A program made the position numbers and the translations under genes. Of a stretch of 64,000 nucleotides of DNA, positions 15,413 to 39,828 are shown one piece after another. The notes under the pieces are model-generated. The model saw only the letters and a list, made by a program, of their open reading frames with translations, had not been told where the DNA came from and did not search any database. The DNA is from the human T2T-CHM13v2.0 reference genome, Homo sapiens. Positions within the stretch are counted from its first letter, which is position 1, and the number at the start of each line of letters is the position of its first letter. The DNA lies in NCBI RefSeq assembly GCF_009914755.1, contig NC_060934.1. One strand, given 5' to 3'.

Positions 15413-16199
15413 AAGTCTCCCATTATTTATCAAGAAAGGCAAAGTAAAACTACAATGAAATACCACTTCACATCCACCAGAATTGCTACAAATTAAAAGA
15501 ATGATAATATTAAGTGTTGGTGAGTCTATGGAATATTGGAACTCCCATTTATTGCTGGAGGGGGTGTAAGTTTGCATAACCACTCTGGAAAACTGTGTGG
15601 CAAGATCTTCTAAAGGCAGATGTAGACCTATCCTAAGGAACCAGCAATTCCATTCCTAGAAAAATACCCAGTAGAAAAGTAAACGTATGTCCATCAGAAA
15701 CCATGTATAGAATGGTTATAACAGCTTTACCGATAAGTGCCAATAAGCTGGAAGCAACCCAAATATCTATAAATGGAAGACTAGATGAATTGTATTAACT
15801 AAGTTTATGCAATTGAAAATTATGGAGCTACAAAAAAGAATGAACTGTTGATATATGGAATAACATGGATGAAGTTCAGAGAAATAAAGCTGAGCAAAAG
15901 TAGCCAGACACAAGAGTACATATTGTGTAATTCTTTTTATAAGGAGTTTAATACGGGCAAAACTAATCCATGACTATATAATCAGAAAATTGCTTTCTTC
16001 CTGGAGGTGAGGGAGATATGAATCTGGAAGAGAAACAAAAGATCCTTTTAGGGTGTTGGAAAGTTTCATATCTGGATCTGAGTGGCAGTTACTCCAGTGT
16101 CTACAGGTACACAAAGTAATCAAAATGTGCACTTAAGATGTATACAGTACACTTTATTATGTATATATTATGCTTCAAAGAAAAATAAATTTTAAAACA

Positions 16200-17685
16200 C
16201 TACATCTGTCCTCAGCATACTTGACCTCTTAGTAACACTGAAACCAGTTAGCCACACTATTTTAAACCCTTTCCTCTCTTGAGAGTACCAAGTTTGTCTA
16301 TTTTCAGTCTTTTGGGCTGCTCCTTGTCAGTTCTCTTTAGTGGGAATCTTAGTTCTCTAAGTATTGTAGTGTCTCAGAGCTCAATCTAGGGCCACTTTCT
16401 CTTCTCTTTCTAAAATCTCTCCCTGGGTCAGTGGTTCTCAGCACTCAAGAATGGGTCAGAATTAATCTAACGGCTTCTTTTTTAATATTCATGTCCAACT
16501 AACACCCTAGGGCTTCTTATTCAATTGATCAGGGCTGGGATTTGGCATCTGTATTTAAAAGTTCCCCAGGGGAATCTAGTACGTAGTCAAAATTGAGAGC
16601 TACTTCCCTAAGTGATTTTATCCCATTGCAAGGCTTAGATACCATTTGTGTACTAATTACAGTCACATGTGTTTCCAATACAAATGTTTCCTTAAACACA
16701 ATAGTATTATGAAAAATATCTATTTCATATTTTCATCTATGAGTCAAAATATCCAAAATGGATTTCCTGACTTTCTACCTCCCACTCCCATCTGCTCCTT
16801 CCTGAGGCTTCCCTGTGTAATTAACCATCCAATCTACCATCCACCCAGCTGGTTAAAGCAGAAACCTGTGAATCATTCTTATTTCTCCTTTTTTTTCTCC
16901 CACCCTGACCTCTCCTGAATCCAACGTTAGTAAATTCTATCAGACTAACACCCAGAAGATACCTTGAATCAGCTCTTATTACCTTTTCTGCTACGATTCT
17001 GATCAAAGCTGTATCATCTTTCAGCTGAAACACTGAAAAAGCTCCTAACTGCCATTCCTGTTTCCATTCTTTCCTTTCTTTCTTCATCTTTATACAGTCT
17101 CCAGGTTGATTTTTAAAAAAACATACAGCATATCACTACCCTGCTTCAAACCCTTCAGTGCATTCTATTCCTCTTAAAATGAATTCAAAGCTCCTTATCT
17201 TGAGCCTTATGATCTGCACCTGGCTTATTTTCCAACATTACCTTATACCATTCTCACCCTCACTCCCTGTGCCTCAGCCATATCCTGGCCTCTTTTCTGT
17301 TCACTGAAGATGACAAGTCATTTCCCACTTCATGCTCTTTGAACTTGGCCTGGAATGCATTTCACTGGCTCTTCACAAGGCTGGTTCCTTCCTGTCATTT
17401 AGGTCCCAGTTGCTTCCTGAGAGAAGCCTTCCATGGCTACTTCATCCTAAGTGATCCACCTCTGCTTATTCTCTTTCATATAACTCTGTTTCTTCACAGT
17501 GCTTTTCAAGGTCTGTTTAAGATTTTTGTCCCTTTCTTCATTGTTTGTCTCTCTGTACTGTAATATGTAAGCTCCTACAGGACAGGAATCTCTTTTGCCT
17601 TTTTAATAAGTATTTCTACCTTCTGAAACAGTGTTGAACACGCAATAGGCACTTGATAAATATTTGTTCTCAATGAATGAATGAG
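16200..17685 (+). mobile_element. L2 relic with nested MER5A (~16428-16610)
   Basis: L2 3' text ending aatgaatgaatga; cagtggttctcagc...ttgagagctact in the middle. Confidence 0.7.
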
Positions 17686-18494
17686 GTCTTGAGAAATTAG
17701 TAAATTTATTCATAATAAAAATAAAAAGTACCATTTACTGAGCATCTATACTATGCCTTTTGCTAAGTATATTAAGAATTATCTCACTTAATTAATTATC
17801 TCATTTAATTTTTAACAACAACAATCTGAGAGGTAGGCAATGTTATCCCAATCTTATAAAAGAAGGAAGTGAGAGACTGAAGTTGACATAAATTCATACA
17901 GGAAGCAAGTGGTAGTGCAAAAATTTGAGCTTAATCAGTTTAACCCCAGAGCTCATGCTTTTGTGCTTATGCTATTCTTCTCCCTGTCAGAAAAAAAAAG
18001 GTAAATAAATTTTCACAGTATATAAAGGGCAGCATCTGCTTATGAACAGGCTGGGGCACTCTTGTGGATCTTGCTATGTTTCTTCAGTGAGGCCAACATG
18101 AAACACTATTGATAATACTGTCTTATATTTATGTCCCGAGTTCTTTAAATTTTCTAAAGTATGCGCTATTTTATTAACTTCTTTGGTCTCTACTCATGTG
18201 CTAATTTATTATATATAACATATAATATATAAATATATATAATATGTATAATATATATATATATTCTATCCACCCTTTCATTCGTTATACACAGTCTAGA
18301 TAGGAAACAGACAGCTTATATTTAAAGCACAAAAACTGTGAGAAGTGTGGTATGCATGAAGACCTAGGACAACCAGGGGAAGAATGAACTAACTCTGTTG
18401 GACAATTCAGAGAAGTCCTCATCATGGAGATGACATTTGAAGTGAAACTTAAATCTTGAATCATGAGTAAAACGTACCAAGCAAAAAACAGACA

Positions 18495-19760
<1,266 letters not shown>

Positions 19761-19883
19761 ACGAGCAACAGATGCTCATGATGGTTGTAAAGGATCAACT
19801 GTATTTTAAAACATAATTTAATATATACTTTTAATAAACACATTCATATTGTTCAAACTATAACCCATAGATTTTTTTGTTTC

Positions 19884-20001
19884 CTTTTTTTTAACTTTTA
19901 TTTTAAGTTTAGGGGTACAAGTGCAGGTTTGTTACATAGGTAAACCTGTGTCCTGGAGATTTGTTGTACAGATTGTTTCATCGTCCAGGTATTAAGCCTA
20001 G
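19884..20001 (-). mobile_element. Short older L1P 3' end
   Basis: tttttaacttttattttaagtttaggggtacaagtgcaggtttgttacataggtaaac. Confidence 0.85.
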
Positions 20002-20523
20002 ATTTCTTAGAAGGAAAAAGACACCAAAAATATGTTCTTAAAGGTCAAGGGCTGGGTTTTGTATGATAGCTAGACCATTATCTGTAGGATTTGAGACCCT
20101 GGTCAAAGACCATAATAAAATATTAATCTTTGCTGAACACATTCACTTATCTAACCATCTAGTCAAAATAGCTTATGCGCTGCATTTTTAAAGAATAACA
20201 GGTGGCCTTTTGTCATTTTATGCCTCTCTATCTGAGCCAAACTATATAATCATTTGCATTATACCTTTGGCTCAAAAACGTTTATATGTTTAGGCTATCA
20301 AGGATTATTTTTAATGGTTCCTAAATCATTTTAATCCTCAGAACTACTTTGGCCAATATTTGTCTTTGTTAAAAGTTAAAGGTGAGCACTCAGTATTATG
20401 TGAAAATGAATGCAATATTTAATTTTTAGTTTTGTCCTGTTAACATTAGATGATGCCCAGATAGTAAGTCTTTTTGGTAATGTAATCAGTGGATGAGGAA
20501 TCTGACCATTGTTGAAGGTTTTG

Positions 20524-20530
20524 TATATAA
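20524..20530 (+). promoter_or_regulatory. LIPF: TATA box of LIPF promoter
   Basis: TATATAA(G) lies about 30-45 nt upstream of the recognised LIPF mRNA 5' sequence (agagaaacagaatcctaac...). Confidence 0.8.
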
Positions 20531-20554
20531 GAAGTCAATACAACATTGACCAAA

Positions 20555-20602
20555 ATACTAACCAGCCAGAGAAACAGAATCCTAACTATTTCTGAGGAAA
20601 CT
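20555..20602 (+). other. LIPF: LIPF exon 1 (non-coding 5' UTR); start approximate
   Basis: Ends ...gaggaaact|gtaagt (consensus donor at 20603). Joined to 23398 it gives gaggaaactgcaggtccaaaATG, matching my recollection of the gastric lipase cDNA. Confidence 0.88.
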
Positions 20603-21189
20603 GTAAGTAGAACTTCTGCTGAACAAAATTGTTATTTGAATTATTAGATTTTTTCTTTATCCCAAGTGATGCATTTTTAAAGGCTTAGATATTTGTTGCA
20701 TATTCACCTGCATAAATGTATCTGTTTAAATTATGGCTTATTCCTCTAGGATTTGATTTATTTTATTCTTTTTTTTGTATGGACATGAGACTCTTAATTA
20801 TGGAATGACAAATTTGTTTATTATTGCAATTAGTGCCTAATGTGAAAGTCTCATAATTTCTTAACTATTGAATTACAAATTTGTTTATTAAGTTCCTAAT
20901 GTGAAAGTCTAGTCTCTGTGACTCTTCTTTTTGAGAAGGAATAGATCAGTAATCTAGTGACATATAATTGGCTGTATTAATATGCTATGTTTAATATTTA
21001 ATATCATCCAAATCAACTGCTGTTGAATTGATCATTATTAATACGATTGTGAAACCTTATAGGCTATTAAAACATTTATTTAAATTATAAACTTTTCAAA
21101 ACAGAAGTCTAGACCAAATTATATAAATCTCCCTGGGGATGTCCCTATAAAAGCTGGCCCAGGGTCATACTGAAGGAGTATTACAGTGG

Positions 21190-21570
21190 GGAAGAACATA
21201 GCCTTTGGAAATAGACTAGTTTAAAATATGGGCTCCACTACTTTCTATATATTTGGTTGGGCGAGTCCTCTTTTAGCCTTACCTTGCTTATTTGTAAAAT
21301 GGATAATATAATGCTACCTACTTCATAGAGTTGCTATGAGAATTAAATGAGATAATAGTCATAATAACTATATTTAACTAACGTTTATGAGATGCCCAGC
21401 ATGTTAAGAACTTTACTTTTGTTATCATAATGAATTCCCCTAACATAGAGAAATGTACTATTACAGGCCCTGTTTTATAGATGAGAACACTGTCTTAGCA
21501 AGATAGTTCATTTCACGTATACCATGTTGAACACACAGTACAGCACACAGTGAGTCCTCTGTATGTGTTA
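21190..21570. mobile_element. Two MIR relics (opposite orientation)
   Basis: tgtaaaatggataatataatgctacctacttcatagagttgctatgagaattaaatgagataat; ttttatagatgagaacactg. Confidence 0.65.
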
Positions 21571-21589
21571 ATTACTGGTATTTTCCTAG

Positions 21590-21670
21590 GACTTGGCAAC
21601 AAGCATTTTGAGAAATTTATTCTGCCCTTGAACATCTTTGAGCCCATTGAGATGTTCTCCAACGCAAACA
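21590..21670 (+). CDS. LIPF: LIPF optional exon; ATG at 21652 encodes N-terminal extension MFSNANSRSK (408-aa form)
   Basis: Acceptor ttttcctag|g, donor ACA|gtaggt. ATG TTC TCC AAC GCA AAC A + GC AGG TCC AAA ATG is in frame with the main ATG. Matches a recalled LIPF isoform. Confidence 0.75.
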
Positions 21671-21853
21671 GTAGGTTAAGTGTCCTCACTTTACAATGGC
21701 AAATCACTTAATGGAGGTCATGTGGGTTCCTGAAATGTTTGATGAAAGCCTCTGGTTTGAATGTTACAACACTACTGGTTAGTCTTTATATATTAGTTTA
21801 TCTCTTCCTAAAATATCACGGTAAAAACAAGGCTTAGTTAAAAACTGATTTTT

Positions 21854-22147
21854 TTTTTTTTTTTTTTTTTTTGAGACGGAGTCTCACACTGTCTCCTGGG
21901 CTGGAGTGCAATGGTGCGATCTCCGCTCACTGCAACCTCCGCCTCCTCGGTTCAAGGACTCTTGCGTCTCAGCCTCCCAAGTAGCTGAAATTACAGGCGC
22001 GCACACCCGGCTAATTTTTTTGTATTTTTAGTAGAGACGTGGTTTCACCGTGTTAGCCAGGATGGCCTCGATCTCCTGACCTCCTGATCCGCCCGCCTCG
22101 GCCTCCCAAAGTGCTGGGTTTGCAGGCATGAGCTACCGCGCTCTGCC
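21854..22147 (-). mobile_element. Alu (young, CpG-rich, Sc/Y-like)
   Basis: gttagccaggatgg diagnostic; TSD aaaaactgattttt at 21840 and 22148. Confidence 0.95.
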
Positions 22148-22685
22148 AAAAACTGATTTTTAAGAGATACCCTTAAATCTAATCCTATACTAAACCAGTG
22201 GGCAAACTATTAGACCAGAGGGTCAGATTTAGGCCTTGAGAGTTCTGGTCTGGTTTTACTGTAAATCAGGAACTATGCTATGTGCTCTGCATGAATTACT
22301 ATAAACGGGTTTTCTTGAAATATTATCAGCAACTGGGAAGTCACCACTTTTCAAAGAATTCCACTTGAATCCAAAGATCCAAATATTACACATTCTTCAC
22401 TGTATTCAAGTCAAATATTTCTACATATGATCTCGAAGTATTGCTCCTAACATACAATTTCTCAATAAATATTTATTGAATAATTTATTTCTGACACACT
22501 AAAAATGAAGTGATTTAAAACTGTCCTCTACATGGCTTCCCTTCAAATATTTGAGGACAATATCACTTCTCTATTGAAGCTTTTTCACCAGCTTAATATC
22601 TGAAGATTCTCAAACTTATAATCAGTGACTACAACATAGAAGGAAGTTCAGGTGTTGTGGGCCTAATACCAAATATTGTCTATAA

Positions 22686-22880
22686 GGCTAGGTGTGGTGG
22701 CTTATGTCTATAATCCCAGTGCTTTGGGAAGCCCAGGCGGGAAGATACCTTGAGGCCAGGAGTTCGAGACCAGTCTGAGTAATGTAGAAACACCCTATCT
22801 CTAAAAAAAAGAAAAAAAATTAGCCAGATGAACACCTGTAGTCCCAGCTACCCTGGAAGCAGAGGTGGGAAAATCACATA
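22686..22880 (+). mobile_element. Partial AluJ
   Basis: Left arm plus start of right arm. Confidence 0.85.
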
Positions 22881-23408
22881 ATAACCTCAAATCAGTAAAT
22901 GTTTATGGAATAACTATTATAAACAACATTTAAAATCACCATGATTACTTTGAACACACGTTATACAGAGATTGGATATAGAGAAGTCAAAGGCCCACAC
23001 ATCCCTCACCCAAATCTGGGCTCTCAAAATAAGCAGGCAAAAGTCTTAAACACAAAGCATAATAAGGACACATTGTTATGCCAATTAGAGGCTTTTTTTT
23101 TTTGCCAATTAAGATTAATTCAGTATGGCTTGAAACCAAGTGGAAAATGTTCTTAAACAAAAGGAATCAAACAGTGAAAACAAGTTAAGCATTAAAAGCT
23201 TAAACATGTTAAGCATTAAAACATGTTAAGCATTAAGTTACCTGTGCTGACATCCATATGTCTCATTTTATTGCCCAATGGAATATAATCAAACCCAAGC
23301 ATTCCTCTACTTAGCACAAAGGTAAAATTGGCATAAAATATAAGCATTATGAAAGTATAATGGATTAACCATGGCACGGGTTATTCTTTTCTTTCAGGCA
23401 GGTCCAAA

Positions 23409-34790
<11,382 letters not shown>

Positions 34791-34903
34791 TTCTGGATTT
34801 AAAGAATTATCCGTTTGTTTTTCCAAAATACTTTATTCTCTCATACATAGTATTTTCATAATGTTTGACATGCAGTGCTTCTTTCTGTAATTTTGACTTT
34901 AGA

Positions 34904-34909
34904 AATATA
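34904..34909 (+). terminator. LIPF: Probable non-canonical poly(A) signal AATATA of LIPF
   Basis: I saw no AATAAA/ATTAAA shortly after the stop. The variant hexamer AATATA has TGTA upstream (34886) and a U-rich stretch downstream (~34930-34952). Confidence 0.55.
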
Positions 34910-36202
34910 TTGGCATCAACAAACTTCCATTTGTCATTTTGAATTTTTTTAATTTAAAGAAATTTGATTTTTCACCTGGAAATTTATCTAGAAATACTTG
35001 AGAGAATATATTTCTGGGGAGGTGAAACTTCTCATTTTCCCATTCAGTTTCTCTTCTGAACTCACTTATATATGAGCTGTGAGCCATAAGTGTTTCTAAA
35101 GGACAGTGTTGGCTTCATATTCGCTCTGCTTATGTACACTTGATACTGAGTATATTGCTTTCTATTGTTGATGAAGCTAAGTCTTTCCATCTGTGTAGTG
35201 GGGCCTATCACTTGCTATTTTGCATATTTAACCCCATGGAAAGGCCAATTGGGATATAAACTGAATCAACTCACTTTCACTTCCCAGGGAGTGGAGAGCA
35301 AGGGTAGTTTGGGAAGCAGCAGATGAAGTCAACCCTGAGTCAGGAATTTGGGAAGAAAAGGGTATGCTCTATTATTATTATTATTATTATTGTTCTGCCC
35401 TCATGTTTTTGGGTCTTGACCACCAAATAGGCACCAACTAACCAAACTATTTTTGAAATCTCTGCCACAGTGCTGGAAACCACAGGATCCAGAAACATCC
35501 CCATTGATATATCAATTAGGATGTACAACTGCCATCAGTAACAACAAAAAAAAAGGCTCACCCAAACTTTCAAAATTTCTAAACACACACAGCCTTACCT
35601 TGGAAATTTTATTAACCCCACAAATTTGTGACCTCATATTTTATGCAATTAAGTTATTCAGATCACACCTATTATACTATGTTACGGTTTGATGTATAAA
35701 ATATAAATGAGATAAGGAATATCTTGTACCCAGCATAGTGTATAAAACATAGTGAGTATTCACAAAAACCTGTTAACAATGTTTATTATATTGTCACATC
35801 CCTCAACCTTTGTTAGGAAGCCCCAAACTTAATTTGTTTTAAGCAAGAAATTGCTAAAAGAAGATAACTTGGGAGACTTTATTTCAATATTTCAGTGAAC
35901 TTTGTTGTTAGACTTTACTAAACTGACATGAACATGTCGGTGACTAGTTACAAATGTTCATGGTGGTGGAAGCAGTTGAGGACTCAGATGTTTTATCAAC
36001 TCTACTTCCTCGAGAAAAGAACAATCATTAGATTCTTGCAGTCTCCTATGCTATTCCAGCTAACTGCCTTTCTTTTAGTCGGTACTCAGCAGATACAGGA
36101 AGTTTTGGTTTGGATTTTGAACACAATTAAATACTATCTTATTGCTCCTACAGCAGCTTTGCTATCTCCCATTTGTTAATTTGAACTGTCAATTTATCAG
36201 CT

Positions 36203-36282
36203 AATTTTCAAGAGTTTATTTCTATCTGCCTGCTGTAATCACAATTTTCAAGTGTTTATTTCTATCTGCCTGCTGTAATCAC
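36203..36282. repeat. 40-bp tandem duplication
   Basis: aattttcaag(a/t)gtttatttctatctgcctgctgtaatcac x2, one mismatch. Confidence 0.95.
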
Positions 36283-36806
36283 TCCTTGGGCAACCTCCTG
36301 CCATGTCAAACTCAATCATTTCAAACTCAAATTCATCATCCCCACATCTCTGAGCCAAATAAGTGTCAAGTTAATGAAGTTCTCCCAGTAACCAGGGAGT
36401 GAGACTCTGGAATCAACTTTGAATACCGCCTCTCCTCTAGTTATCCTTTCCCTTTGTAAAATAGAAACTGTTAAACATAGATAATTTTAGACAGAACAGT
36501 TTAATAATCCCCTTTGTATGCATTACTCGGTTTCAACTATTATCAATACATAGCCTTCTTTCATAATCTGGTTTTATCTGTATCTCTAGCCACTTCTCTC
36601 ATCTTAATTTGAAGCAAATCTCAAGCATCACATATTTCATCCATGAGGATTTCAGGATGAATTACTAAAAGATAAAGTCTCTGTTTTAACATAATAATAC
36701 TGTTCTTACATCTAAAATTTTAAAAATATCTAGCCAGTGCTCAGATTTCCAATTATTTCATTAATAATGTTTATTTATGAAATGTTTTATAGTTTGTTTA
36801 GATTGA

Positions 36807-37184
<378 letters not shown>

Positions 37185-37294
37185 TTGTTGTTGTTTTTGT
37201 TGTTGAAGAAACTGTGGTTTGTGTTGTAGTTTCATACCATAGGAATTTTGCTGATTATATTCCACATTCCTCGCCTTTCATATTTCCTGTGACT

Positions 37295-37685
37295 CAAGCG
37301 TTCTTAACCTCAACACTATTGATATTTTTGGTAAGGTCATTTTTTCCCTAATTGAATATTCTTTTCTAATTATTTTTATAGATTCAGGGAGTACAAGTGC
37401 AGTTCTGTTACGTGGATATATTATGCAGCAGTGAAGTCTGAGCTTTTAGTGCACCCATCACCCAAATAGTGAACTTTGTACCCAATAGGTGATTTTTCAA
37501 CCTTCAAGGTAATTTTTTTATTATTGGAGTTGTCCTGAGTATTGGAGGATGTTTAGCAGTATCTCTAGCTAGATCCCAGCAGCACACACATCCCAAGTTG
37601 TAACAGTCAACTATGTCTCCTGACATTGCCAAATATCATCTTGATGGCAAAATGCCCACCCTACTAAGTTAAGAACCAGTACTGT
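37295..37685. mobile_element. MER20-like relic interrupted by an antisense L1 3' fragment (~37350-37505)
   Basis: ttcttaacctcaacactattgatattt...ggatgtttagcagtatc...gacattgccaaat...gttaagaaccagt. Confidence 0.65.
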
Positions 37686-39399
37686 AAATTATAACCTTAA
37701 TAAGATTAAGATTTAAAAAAAAAAATATTTTATAGACCGTATGGTGTTCTACTATAATGAGGCTGACAATGCACAGCTGTTTCTCTTTTTTAGAATGTCA
37801 GAGACTACTGCTTTTCAATACACAAACCCAAGAGTTAATTAGGAGATTAAAAATGGTGGCATTCCAATTTGATCAGTTCTTCGTTTATTAACTGAATACT
37901 TCCATAAAGAGGAATTGTTGTCACATATATTTAAGTTATCCAAAATCCATGATTCTTTCCCTTTATTTATGAATTTCCAAAATTGGTTTTTCTTCGTTTA
38001 GTATTATAATAAATATATGGTTCTATGCATATTTGATGTTTCAAATCTGTAAGGATTATTATCCTTACTGATATTAAAATTATACCCTCTGTTTCTTGTG
38101 AGAGCTTCTATAAGTTGGCTCCAAAGTTCTTTTACCAAACCTGTCATCCTGAATGTTTGCTGCTTCTGCTCAGTTATTTCCCTAAGAGGTCCCGATTCCT
38201 TTTTAATGTGGAATTTTACAAGATCATATTCTATAAGTGAGGATGATCATTGTTATTAGGTCGTTATTTGTAGGACTTTTCAATGCAGAGACCTAGGAAA
38301 TTTTTTTGAGATAAGATATGCCAGTACTTCATATTTATTTATTTGTCAGTTAAAAAAAAAAACCTCAGCTCTTCATCTCCTTCTCCATCATGATAGCTGT
38401 CAACACACAATGTTTGAACTGTTAAAGTAGCATCTTAAATGGTCTACCTTTCTCTTGCCTCTGCTTAACATTCCAAATTGATTCCTAAAATCCTCTTCAT
38501 TGTTCCACCTAAGTTCAAATTGGTCAACCTACCATGTAAAATCCTCATAAAGCTGGTTACTTACATATACTATCTCTTTTCCAACTACCTTAACTAGTAG
38601 CCGCCCTTCCAGTCAAGTTTTCTCTTTATTATGCCTCAAATACACCTCTAAACTTGTATCATCATATTGTTGTTCACGTTTCCCTCCAAAATTCTGTCTA
38701 ACACTGTCTTGAGGCTGCAGGTAGTTTTCTATGCTTTTGTGCATAACTCACATGAAAACCAATACATATGAACCGAGAACCGTGTTGCAATCTAAAACCC
38801 ACTAGAAATAACATGACTCATATTTTTAAAAATCATGGTATTTTAGAATTTGAAGAGATCTAAGCAGTTATCTAGTCTAATCCTATTATTTTCCAAGTGA
38901 GGATATTAAAGTTAATAGAAGTTCAGCACTTTGATAAAGGTCATACAGTTGGCAGTGTTAGAGATGGAATCAACATCTCCTAATCCAAGTATTCTTCTCC
39001 TTTTGCTGCACAAGGCTGATATGAAAAGCTCTGTTACAGTGTCAGATATTTCCAGAGTTGTCTGCGGGAGAAAATGGAAGGGGGATTGCTAAGGGTTTTA
39101 GCAAGTATTATTCAGGGTAATACTGAGTATCTCAGCTTCTAGAGTGTACACAGAAATCTGGTGAAAGAAAAATGCCAGTTGAATGTAAGCTTTCTCTGAA
39201 AGTGTGAGAGAAAGTGAGAAGTAGCAGTTAGATATTAGAAGGAAAAAGCAGGAATGGAGGCAAGAAGGAGGTAAAGAAAGGAAGATATTAGAAGACATAG
39301 AAAGGGACTTGAGCTTCCAGGTGCAAACATTACCTGCATATCTCAGTTGGCCATTATCCTAGCCCTACTGGAAAAATTCTAAAAGCTATATATAATCTA

Positions 39400-39828
<429 letters not shown>

